A DNA stretch of 64,000 nucleotides from a bacterium. GTDB taxonomy: Bacteria; Zhuqueibacterota; Zhuqueibacteria; Residuimicrobiales; Krinioviventaceae. Of the stretch, positions 11,054-20,205 are shown piece after piece. A program made the position numbers and the translations under genes. How positions within the stretch are numbered: the stretch's first letter is position 1; each line of letters begins with the position of its first letter. The stretch is from positions 192,001-256,000 of the forward strand of contig CAXXFV010000003.1 in NCBI GenBank assembly GCA_963674595.2, written 5' to 3'. The notes beneath the pieces were generated by a model. The model was not told the origin of the DNA and searched no databases. It saw nothing but the letters and a program-made list of their open reading frames with translations.

Positions 11054-11668
11054 TTGAAATGGTTCATACCAGTTTTAATAGTTTTCCTTACTACTGCTTT
11101 AAATTTTATTTTGTGGCATTTTCGGTGGAATATACAGCACACGTCTGAACTCACTGAAAAACTTTTTACTAAAAAAATGCAATTGATGGAGGAAGTATCA
11201 AAAACTATATTTGAGTATAGACAATTAAGAAATTATACAATACGTTATTCAATGCTTATTAAGTCCTTCAAGAGCAGAGGAATTGCTATAAGTCAGGAAG
11301 AAAGATCAAATTTAGAAAAGCAATTTAAAAAACAATTCCCATTAGATTATCAAAAAAATTTGGAGCGTGAAGCACTTCTACCTCTACTTCAAGCAAAGTT
11401 AACAATAGTAGAAGTACTTTTTGGACCTAAAACAAAATTTGCTTTAGAAAATTTTAGTAAGAAATTAAATAGAGGATTTGAAAATTACCTAGAAAGTTAC
11501 ATTAAAAAAAAGGCAGATGTGGGTATACAGTTAGATCAATTAATTAGTAAAAATAATGACGGGACAATTTATTTCTATATTGAAGAATCTCACATAACTA
11601 CAATTGCTGACAAAGAAATGGAGGATGCAATCTATAAGCTTTTGGAAGCTATGAGAAAAGAATTATAA
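11054..11668 (+). CDS. Hypothetical protein with N-terminal TM helix; start uncertain next to IS end
   Basis: 204 aa AT-rich ORF, TTG start without clear RBS. Confidence 0.65.
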   Translation: MKWFIPVLIVFLTTALNFILWHFRWNIQHTSELTEKLFTKKMQLMEEVSKTIFEYRQLRNYTIRYSMLIKSFKSRGIAISQEERSNLEKQFKKQFPLDYQKNLEREALLPLLQAKLTIVEVLFGPKTKFALENFSKKLNRGFENYLESYIKKKADVGIQLDQLISKNNDGTIYFYIEESHITTIADKEMEDAIYKLLEAMRKEL

Positions 11669-11882
11669 TAGGTAATAAAAATGTGTTTATACATTGGCTT
11701 ATGAAAATCCATTATTTAAGTTTACTAAAATCAGATCGATAACTCAATTTTAATTATAAAATGAAGCAAATCGGACTTCAAAACAAAATGTAAGTATTTA
11801 TTTTTATATTAAAAGACGGTCTGTTATTGAACCATAGAGGTTAGCACAATAGTAAATATTGATTAAAAATAAGATAAAATAA

Positions 11883-12242
11883 ATGAAAAAACTTCCCTTT
11901 AGAAAATCACTTCGTTTCATTGGCCCAGATTTTATTGTCACGGTTGGATATATTGATCCTGGCAATTGGGCCACAAATATTGAAGGGGAATCGAAATTTG
12001 GTTATCAATTGCTTTGGGTAATTATTCTTAGTACGTTTATGCTTATTATCATCCAACAAATGGCCGCAAAATTGGGAATTGCCATAAGAAAATCGCTTGC
12101 TGTTAATATCCGGGAAAATTTCTCATTTCCCGTATCATCTTTCATGGGAATTACAAGACTTTGTAATAGTTTTTGCTTCAGTAAAAAATCTGCCGGTGTA
12201 GCTGAAAATTTTAATCTACCGGCACCAAATGTACTAACCTGA
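11883..12242 (+). pseudogene. mntH: N-terminal fragment of Nramp/MntH Mn2+ transporter
   Basis: GYIDPGNWATNIEG..FGYQLLWV..QQMAAKLGI; similarity ends near 12155, far short of a full-length Nramp. Confidence 0.85.
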
Positions 12243-12295
12243 CATTCCAGTATAGCATTTCTTACCCGACCCGATAAAACCCAAAGGAACCTTTT

Positions 12296-13681
12296 ATGAA
12301 ATCAACCAATAAATACAGTCTTTCTTATAATTCAATAAACAGAAGAGAATTTATCGGCCAAATGACGGCAGCGGCCGGCGGAATCATGCTATCCGGTTGC
12401 TCAGGCAAGCGTCCAAAATCATTACCGAATATTATCATGATCATTTCGGATGATCAGGGATGGGGAGATTACGGTTTTATGGGACATCCATCCATTGAGA
12501 CACCCAATCTGGACAAGCTTGCCTCAGAGAGTGTTGTTTTTACCAGGGGCTATGTAACGGCGCCATTGTGTTGTCCTTCGCTGGCGTCAATAATAACAGG
12601 CCTGCACCCGCATCAAAATAAAGTCACATCAAACGATCCTGCTTACAAGGGTGAAGGAAATCGATATAATCCCAAACAATGGCCCAAAGAACGCCGTCTT
12701 GAAAGAGAAAAAATAATAGCCAATTTTCAAAAAATACCTGCTCTGCCCAAAATTCTTGAAAATTTGGGTTACAAGAGCCTGCAAACAGGAAAATGGTGGA
12801 TGGGTCACCACCAAACAGGCGGTTTTACAAACGGCATGACACACGGCGATATGGATCGGGGAGGCCGGCACGGCGACGAGGGCCTGAAAATAGGACGCGA
12901 AACAATGCAGCCTATTTATGATTTTTTAAACAATGACGACAATCAACCGTTTTTCCTGTGGTATGCGCCTTTTTTACCGCACTCTCCGCACAATCCTCCC
13001 AAACGTTTACTGGACAAATACATAGAAAAAACAGATTCCATACATATTGCAAAGTATTGGGCGAACTGCGAGTGGTTTGATGAAACCTGCGGAGAACTTT
13101 TCACCTCTCTTGAAAACAACGGACAGGCTGAAAACACAATTATTTTATATGTTTGTGACAACGGCTGGATTCAGAAACCGGAAGAAAACGGCTATGCTGA
13201 AAAATCAAAACGAACCCCGTACGAAGGCGGTATTAGAACGCCCATTATGGTAAAATGGCCCGGTCATATCACACCGCAAAAAGATGAAACCACGCTGGTA
13301 AGCAGTATTGACCTGGCGCCGACTATCTTGAATGCCTGCGGTCTTGAACCTTTGAACAACATGCAAGGTGTTAATCTGCTGGACACAAAAGCTTTAAAAA
13401 ACCGCGAAAATATTTTTGGTGCTGCGTTCACTCATGACGCCGTTGATATAGATAAACCGGAATCCAGTCTTAAATACAGCTATGTCATTGAAGGAGAATG
13501 GAAACTCATTCAGCCGTCCGGCATAAACGATACAGGGAATGAACCGGAATTATATAATGTTTTAGTTGATCAAAAAGAAGAGATAAACAAGGCCGCAGCA
13601 TATCCTGAAAAGGTTGAACATTTGCAAAAACAGCTTAACGATTGGTGGGTAAAGGCCGTACCCGAATCTCAAGCATCTTAA
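12296..13681 (+). CDS. Sulfatase (formylglycine type), Tat-exported lipoprotein
   Basis: RREFI..LSGC; PNIIMIISDDQG; variant motif CCPSLASIITG; GKWW; YEGGIRTP. Confidence 0.9.
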   Translation: MKSTNKYSLSYNSINRREFIGQMTAAAGGIMLSGCSGKRPKSLPNIIMIISDDQGWGDYGFMGHPSIETPNLDKLASESVVFTRGYVTAPLCCPSLASIITGLHPHQNKVTSNDPAYKGEGNRYNPKQWPKERRLEREKIIANFQKIPALPKILENLGYKSLQTGKWWMGHHQTGGFTNGMTHGDMDRGGRHGDEGLKIGRETMQPIYDFLNNDDNQPFFLWYAPFLPHSPHNPPKRLLDKYIEKTDSIHIAKYWANCEWFDETCGELFTSLENNGQAENTIILYVCDNGWIQKPEENGYAEKSKRTPYEGGIRTPIMVKWPGHITPQKDETTLVSSIDLAPTILNACGLEPLNNMQGVNLLDTKALKNRENIFGAAFTHDAVDIDKPESSLKYSYVIEGEWKLIQPSGINDTGNEPELYNVLVDQKEEINKAAAYPEKVEHLQKQLNDWWVKAVPESQAS

Positions 13682-13904
13682 TAATAAAGTCACGTGCGCC
13701 GGAAAAGCCTGGATTTATATCAAAAAAAACAATATATAACGTTAGGTTTGTATAAAAAATAAACTGTCATGATTCACACACAAAAATTTATATCAAAACA
13801 TTTGCTGCCTGCCGCCCAACAGGATTTATAATTATTCTTTTCCAGTCGGGTACGGTTAACCAATGTTTGAAACTAGAAATTCATTACACCAAGGAGGCCA
13901 TATC

Positions 13905-15971
13905 ATGATTAAAAAATTCCAATTAAAAATCTTTTTTTTAAATTTAATTTTCATTGCTCTATGCGTAGGAACATCCATAGCACAGGACTATAAAGAGCTT
14001 GATGGTTCATGGGAACTGGTGCCTTCAAAAAGTTCTGAAATAAGTTTGTACGACAATCTTCAGATTGATTTTAAAAGCACATACTCGGGAATCACAATTA
14101 TTCAAACTTGGGGAAACAAAAGAAGTCTCAGGGATAGTTTACAACTCGATTTTGACAGGGAAAATATTATCCCCATTACCAACCGCGTCTTTCCGACCAA
14201 TGTGTTTATGGGGCTTTCCATGCCGGTTGGTAAAGAGCGCAGGATCACGGCTGACTGGTCAAATGGTCTGATACTGAAAGAGACGTTTGATATATTAGGC
14301 TCTCAGGGTCCGTCACCTGTCCATTCTGTTCATATTTATGAGCTCTCCCCTGACAAAGGACAACTTGTATACTCTGTCACACGGTCGACCAGAACTTCCG
14401 GACCGGAGATTAAATATGTTCTGAAAAGAAAAGGGACGAAACACGCCTACTTTATGAAGCTCAAACACGATTGGGAGATTAACAGCCTGCTTCCTCTAAA
14501 TGCCATGTTGATCAGCCTTCAGGGTGTGGCAAACGTAAATGGACCGGCCTTATATTTCATCTACCCTCCGGAATGGCCTTTTACCTATACCGAGTCTGTT
14601 TTCGAATTTTACAGAGATAAGCGTAATTACACATTTCACGAACTCAGCACACCCGAACAAGCCTTACAACAGCTAAAAAACAACGTTAATGGTTATGTGG
14701 TCTGGGATAAAAATGTAAGGACCTCCTTAATCGTGGCATTTACCGTTGCCGGACTCGAACGGGCCATCGTCGTTACCGAAGACCTGATTCCGATGGTAAA
14801 AGCCCAGGGATTAACGATGATTGAAGACTTTAGAGGCAAATTCACCGGGCAGACCGACGCAGAAATTTATACCTGGGCTTACGACCAGTACTGGGACAGG
14901 TGTAATAAAAATTTTATTGTCTGGCTTGGCGGGCCCAGCGGCAATGTAATGAGACCCGGTGTTGCGGACTGGGGTGTTTACAAGCAGGTTTTCTTTAACG
15001 ATTTGTCCACACGACCCACCGATGTTAAAGAGTATAAACTGGCAAATAAAATCCTGAGTGAGATGGAACCCATGTCTATGGTGATGGGCTGGCATTCGTA
15101 CGTTAAGGACAAGGAACGCGACCACGTCAAATTGACATCCAGTTATGGTCACCGTGTGGAAGGGCTTCACTCTCTGCCGAACCTGAGTTTCAGCAGTCAG
15201 GTGCCGCCTTCACCCGGATTTGTGTTCAAGAACAATCACAGCATAAAACCCGGAAATGAGTATATACCAGAAGAAAAAGTCTATATTACCTGCGTTCAAA
15301 CGGACGGAATCGGTATCGGGGCGTGGCTGAAACCGGGCCGGGGAGATATACCCTACGCCTGGGAAGTAATTATGAGCTATGTCTGGATGGCCCCGGCCAT
15401 GGCAGAATATTTTTACACCATGGCTACGCCAAATGATTATTTTATCGGGTGTCTTTCAGGACCCGGTTATATGTATCCGAAAGCAGTGCCGCCGCATTTG
15501 CTCCCGAAACTTGTTGAAAAAGCACGGGAACAAATGGAACTTTTAGACCTTAATGCCTTCGAGATTATGGATTATTCAGAGGGCGCAACGGTTGAAGGAA
15601 ACACCGAATTGACCAAAGAGGTCGTTGATGTTTATTATGAAGGAATGCCGGATGCCATTGGGTTTCTGAACGGTTATGCCCCGGCCTATACCTTTACCGA
15701 ACGGAACGGCAAACCGCTAATATCATACGATTACTATCTCTCACCAACACGCACAGAAGATGATGCCGTAGCAGACCTTCAGGAATTGGCAAATATCAAT
15801 GCAAAACGGCCCTATTTTCTGTTGGTTCATGTCCGTGAATCCAGTGATGTTAGACGAGTCATCGGCATACTTGACAAACTCGGTCCCGAATTCGAACTCG
15901 TACCGCTGGATATTTTTCTGACAATGGCCGGCAAAGAGCCGACTTTTAAAGAACGATTTTTACAAAAATAA
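13905..15971 (+). CDS. GxGYxYP-domain putative glycoside hydrolase, secreted
   Basis: SGPGYMYP motif; SLQGVAN; RBS AGGAGG before ATG 13905; signal peptide. Confidence 0.82.
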   Translation: MIKKFQLKIFFLNLIFIALCVGTSIAQDYKELDGSWELVPSKSSEISLYDNLQIDFKSTYSGITIIQTWGNKRSLRDSLQLDFDRENIIPITNRVFPTNVFMGLSMPVGKERRITADWSNGLILKETFDILGSQGPSPVHSVHIYELSPDKGQLVYSVTRSTRTSGPEIKYVLKRKGTKHAYFMKLKHDWEINSLLPLNAMLISLQGVANVNGPALYFIYPPEWPFTYTESVFEFYRDKRNYTFHELSTPEQALQQLKNNVNGYVVWDKNVRTSLIVAFTVAGLERAIVVTEDLIPMVKAQGLTMIEDFRGKFTGQTDAEIYTWAYDQYWDRCNKNFIVWLGGPSGNVMRPGVADWGVYKQVFFNDLSTRPTDVKEYKLANKILSEMEPMSMVMGWHSYVKDKERDHVKLTSSYGHRVEGLHSLPNLSFSSQVPPSPGFVFKNNHSIKPGNEYIPEEKVYITCVQTDGIGIGAWLKPGRGDIPYAWEVIMSYVWMAPAMAEYFYTMATPNDYFIGCLSGPGYMYPKAVPPHLLPKLVEKAREQMELLDLNAFEIMDYSEGATVEGNTELTKEVVDVYYEGMPDAIGFLNGYAPAYTFTERNGKPLISYDYYLSPTRTEDDAVADLQELANINAKRPYFLLVHVRESSDVRRVIGILDKLGPEFELVPLDIFLTMAGKEPTFKERFLQK

Positions 15972-16001
15972 TGAATTTATTATTAAATATGGAGGATTAA
16001 A

Positions 16002-16817
16002 ATGAATAACCCGCAAATCTATATAGACAAAGCTATTGAGCTTTTAATGTCTTATGGTCCGAAATTACTTTTAACAATAATCACTCTTATTGTCGGCCTT
16101 TGGGTTATCAAACTATTTGTCAAGGGATTCCGTAAAACCATGGAACGGAGTAAAATTGACGTATCTCTGATTCGGTTTTTATCGAGTTTGATTGGTGCCC
16201 TGCTAAAAATTCTGCTTGCAATAAGTGTCACTTCAATGATCGGTGTTGAAATGACATCTTTTATTGCCATACTGGGTGCCGCCGGTTTGGCTGTGGGCCT
16301 TGCTTTACAGGGTACACTGGCAAATTTTGCCGGTGGTGTGCTCATTTTATTATTCAGGCCTTACAAAGTCGGCGATTTTATAGACGCAGCCGGTTATACC
16401 GGTACGGTTAACCATATTCAGATTTTTAATACCGTTTTAAAGACACCGGATAACAAGACAATTATTATTCCAAATGGCGTATTGTCCAATGCCAGTATTA
16501 CCAATTTTTCTACCGAATCAACCCGTCGTGTTGACATGAAATTTGGTATCGGTTATTCAGATGACATAAAAAAAGCAAAAGAGATATTGGAAAGACTCAT
16601 CAAAGACGAAAGCCGGGTATTAGACGAACCGGCAGCAGTGGTCGTGCTTTCTGAATTGGGTGACAGCTCTGTAAATTTTACAGTTCGCGCCTGGTGCAAC
16701 AGTTCCGATTACTGGGGTATTTATTTTGATATGCAGGAAAAAGTAAAACTCGAATTTGATAAAAACGGAATTTCTATACCATTCCCGCAACGGGATGTAC
16801 ATGTATATAACCATTAG
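16002..16817 (+). CDS. mscS: Small-conductance mechanosensitive channel
   Basis: GAAGLAVGLALQGTLANFAGG, IIIPNG, IPFPQRDVH. Confidence 0.93.
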   Translation: MNNPQIYIDKAIELLMSYGPKLLLTIITLIVGLWVIKLFVKGFRKTMERSKIDVSLIRFLSSLIGALLKILLAISVTSMIGVEMTSFIAILGAAGLAVGLALQGTLANFAGGVLILLFRPYKVGDFIDAAGYTGTVNHIQIFNTVLKTPDNKTIIIPNGVLSNASITNFSTESTRRVDMKFGIGYSDDIKKAKEILERLIKDESRVLDEPAAVVVLSELGDSSVNFTVRAWCNSSDYWGIYFDMQEKVKLEFDKNGISIPFPQRDVHVYNH

Positions 16818-16854
16818 ACTTTAAGATAATACCAGAAATATATTATACAAAACC

Positions 16855-16882
16855 GGGGACGGGAGTTTTTATCTCCCGTTCC
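16855..16882 (+). terminator. Stem-loop after mscS
   Basis: GGGACGGGAG/CTCCCGTTCC hairpin. Confidence 0.55.
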
Positions 16883-16984
16883 TCATTATCATTGTGCTCG
16901 GTATTCAAACAATGTTAACATAATGAAAACCTGTAAATCATTGAACCCTCCTCCAATCCTGAACATGAATGTTAAAAAAAACAG

Positions 16985-17037
16985 TCAAAAATATTTACCA
17001 AAAACCTCTTGCGCCCATTCAATATAATTTGTATTAT
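16985..17037 (+). promoter_or_regulatory. Member of repeated promoter family
   Basis: CAAAAACCTC-TTGCGC(17009)-17-TATTAT(17032) with ATAATTTG before -10. Confidence 0.7.
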
Positions 17038-17380
17038 TTATTCTTCACTATTGATGAAAAGTCGGTTTAAAAATAATAATTATTCCAGGTAAACAACAGG
17101 CAATCATGCCGATACAAAAACGGATTTTAATAAATTATACAAAACTCTTGTTTCGGATTTATCACTGTATTTTATAATTAAAATTGCAATATAGTTCCAT
17201 CTGTTCATATTGGATTTTTTATTATCACAAGGTTGAATCATTTAATAATAGGAGAAATAAACGGACCGAATGTTTGACATCTTGTTCTAACGAAAACCAC
17301 ACTAATACAGTAAAAGCTAATAATTTAATCGTTTTTTTATCAAAAACATAAGAAACCATAATATTAATAATGGAATATTA

Positions 17381-17755
17381 ATGAATTACACTATTGAATT
17401 ATCACCAAACCAAAAGTATTTTATCATAAAGATTACAGGAAAAATAAATCTTGAAACGATCAGACAATGGTCCAAAGAGCTGGAAAAAAAAAGCAGGTCA
17501 TTAAAAATTAACAGATTCCTTTTTGATGCCCGGGAAGCACAAGAAACCTCTTCGATTACTGAAATGTATCATTTTGCATACAACGAATCTGTTGAACTGA
17601 ATTTGCAGAGAAATGTTCGCTCGGCAATTCTGGTCGATGAAGAAGACAAATCACATAATTTTGTCGAAACGGCAATGAGAAATGCCGGTTATAATGTAAA
17701 AATTTTCAGAGACGAATTACTTGCCGTGACATGGGTGGAAGAAGAAATCTCATAA
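17381..17755 (+). CDS. Small SpoIIAA/STAS-like hypothetical protein
   Basis: 124 aa; FLFDAR, RSAILV, FVETAMRNAGYNVKIF..A..W pattern. Confidence 0.7.
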   Translation: MNYTIELSPNQKYFIIKITGKINLETIRQWSKELEKKSRSLKINRFLFDAREAQETSSITEMYHFAYNESVELNLQRNVRSAILVDEEDKSHNFVETAMRNAGYNVKIFRDELLAVTWVEEEIS

Positions 17756-17874
17756 CATTATTATTCTCAATACCTGTAATTGTTCATAAACATTGCCTGA
17801 AACATAATTTTAAAACCAAGAGGGAAAGTAAGGTCCCATAAATATATTATAAAAAAGTGATAAAAGAGGTAAAA

Positions 17875-18462
17875 ATGAAAAAAGAATCAAATTGGGAGTA
17901 TCCTGAACCAAGAAAAGGCTTGGCTGGTCAATGGGATAAATTTATCGGTCCCGGGGCGACAACAGCAGAGCAATTGATTGCACTTTTACCGGCCTTGTTG
18001 GGTTCATCGGGAATTGTTGCTTACGCCGTTGTCAAAGATTTAAACTGGGACCTTACTCAGTACATTTTTGCATTTTTAGTTACCTTTGACATTATCGGAG
18101 GCGTGTTGACAAACGCAACAAGTGCCGCAAAAAGATGGTACCACCGTAAAGAACTAACACACTCCAAGCACCTGGGATTTATTGCCATCCACATAATCCA
18201 GATAGTTATCGTTTCATGGCTGTTCCGCGACCTGGATATTCTGTATATTGGCGTCGTTTATTTTTACCTGATGATTTCAGCCACTATAGTCACCCTGGTT
18301 CCATTACGTATGCAAAGAAGCACGGCATTGTTACTTGTATGCGGCTCGTTTATCATTTCCTTGTATGTATTGTCACCAACACCGGGATTTGAATGGTTTA
18401 TACCTGTTTTGTTTATAAAACTACTTGTGAGTCACCTGACTATTGAAGAACCATACATATAA
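17875..18462 (+). CDS. Integral membrane hypothetical protein
   Basis: RBS GAGG; WDKFIGPGAT, DIIGGV.TNAT..AKRWYH; several hydrophobic helices. Confidence 0.8.
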   Translation: MKKESNWEYPEPRKGLAGQWDKFIGPGATTAEQLIALLPALLGSSGIVAYAVVKDLNWDLTQYIFAFLVTFDIIGGVLTNATSAAKRWYHRKELTHSKHLGFIAIHIIQIVIVSWLFRDLDILYIGVVYFYLMISATIVTLVPLRMQRSTALLLVCGSFIISLYVLSPTPGFEWFIPVLFIKLLVSHLTIEEPYI

Positions 18463-18576
18463 TTTGCGTTCAAATCAATAAACCCAATTTCAGATTTAGC
18501 TATTACCGACTGTTTATTATGCCTATTGCTTGTTTTCGATATTTAATCGTGAGTTATTAAAAAGAATGGGATATAA

Positions 18577-20103
18577 ATGACAACAAAAACTAAAACCCGC
18601 TTGGGGACAATCCTTGTTTTGTATTTTTGCCTTTTTATTAACTGTCATAAAAAGCAAGCTTGTGATACAAAAATTGTCAAAACGATTCTGACGGATAAAG
18701 ATAATTTCTTTTATCTGGATACGAATCATTACCCGGAAAACCGTAAAAATCTTCCAATTGGAATATTTGATTCCGGTACCGGCGGGCTGACGGTTTTGGA
18801 GCAGATTTTATCATTTGATGAGTATAATAACAATAATCATGAGCATGCAAAAGGTGGTGATGGGATAAATGATTTTAAAACAGAATATTTCATTTATCTG
18901 GGTGACCAGGCTAATATGCCCTATGGAAATTATGCGCGGGAGAACAAGGTATCACTGTTGCAGGAACATATTATCAAAGATGTACAGTTTTTAATGGGCA
19001 ATAAATATTATTTGGACGCCCGTGATAAAAATCATCAAACCGATAAAAACCCGGTTAAAGCCATTGTCATCGCCTGTAATACAGCGACAGCTTTTGGTAA
19101 AGATAAAATAGAAAAATTTCTGCAACAGGCCAACCTGAATTTAAAAGTCATTGGCGTTATTGATGCGGGTGCCAGGGCCGCCCTGGATGTTTTTAAACCG
19201 ACAACAAACGGAAGTATAGCTGTTCTTGCTACCGCAGGAACGGTCTCATCACAGGGTTATATTAAAGCAATACAATCGGAACGAAAATCGAGAAAATACT
19301 CTGGTAATATCAACATTTTTCAACAAGCCGGTATCGGCATCGCCGGTGCAATCGATGGTTCAAAAGAATATATCTCACCGGGTTCTGCAAAACCAAGAAC
19401 AGTATACCAGGGGCCGGATTTTAATCATACCGACGCAAAAATTAAAGTTTCTATTTTAAAACGTTATGGATTTGATTGGAACGACAACAAAATACTATAC
19501 ACGGGAACTACGAATAATCCAACAAATATCCAGATCAACTCGGTAGATAATTATATTTATTATCATCTGGTTTCTTTAATGGAAAAAATTGTCCATACAC
19601 AACAAGCGCCGCCGCTAAAAGCCATAATTCTTGGCTGTACTCATTACCCCTATTATATAGATGTATTTAAAGCTAAACTGGAGCAGTTGTATAATTATAA
19701 AGAAAATGGTCATTATGTTTATCGAAAATTTATGGAACCGGATATAGAGTTGATTGATCCGGCACAAAATACCGCCCTGGAGCTTTATGAGTATTTAACA
19801 AAAGCAGACCTGTTTGATTCGTTATGCAATGAAAAAAGTGAATTTTATACGAGTGTCCCCAATTTACTAAACAAAAATACAGACATCGATTCCATGGGTA
19901 TTTTTACATACAATTACAAATATGGCAGAGATGTTGGACATATCCAGGAATATGTAAAAAGAGTGCCATTCAGCAGAAAAAGTATTCCTTCTGAAACAGC
20001 AAATCGACTGGAAGGAAATGTACCTTTATCATTTCATCTAATAAAAGAATTTAACCAATCAAATTCAAAAATGGAAAATTTCGAGCAGAATTATAAATTT
20101 TAA
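18577..20103 (+). CDS. Asp/Glu racemase family protein, long form with predicted export signal
   Basis: IGIFDSGTGGLTV, YLGDQANMPYG, IACNTAT, LGCTHYP (both catalytic Cys); hydrophobic N-terminus ending FINC. Confidence 0.85.
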   Translation: MTTKTKTRLGTILVLYFCLFINCHKKQACDTKIVKTILTDKDNFFYLDTNHYPENRKNLPIGIFDSGTGGLTVLEQILSFDEYNNNNHEHAKGGDGINDFKTEYFIYLGDQANMPYGNYARENKVSLLQEHIIKDVQFLMGNKYYLDARDKNHQTDKNPVKAIVIACNTATAFGKDKIEKFLQQANLNLKVIGVIDAGARAALDVFKPTTNGSIAVLATAGTVSSQGYIKAIQSERKSRKYSGNINIFQQAGIGIAGAIDGSKEYISPGSAKPRTVYQGPDFNHTDAKIKVSILKRYGFDWNDNKILYTGTTNNPTNIQINSVDNYIYYHLVSLMEKIVHTQQAPPLKAIILGCTHYPYYIDVFKAKLEQLYNYKENGHYVYRKFMEPDIELIDPAQNTALELYEYLTKADLFDSLCNEKSEFYTSVPNLLNKNTDIDSMGIFTYNYKYGRDVGHIQEYVKRVPFSRKSIPSETANRLEGNVPLSFHLIKEFNQSNSKMENFEQNYKF

Positions 20104-20205
20104 AATTTATCCGGATTTTATTTTGTTACCGGATTACAATACATTGCGGTCAATATATAATAATCTTTTACATCTGGATTATCGGACAAAATGAAAGATT
20201 AGAAA

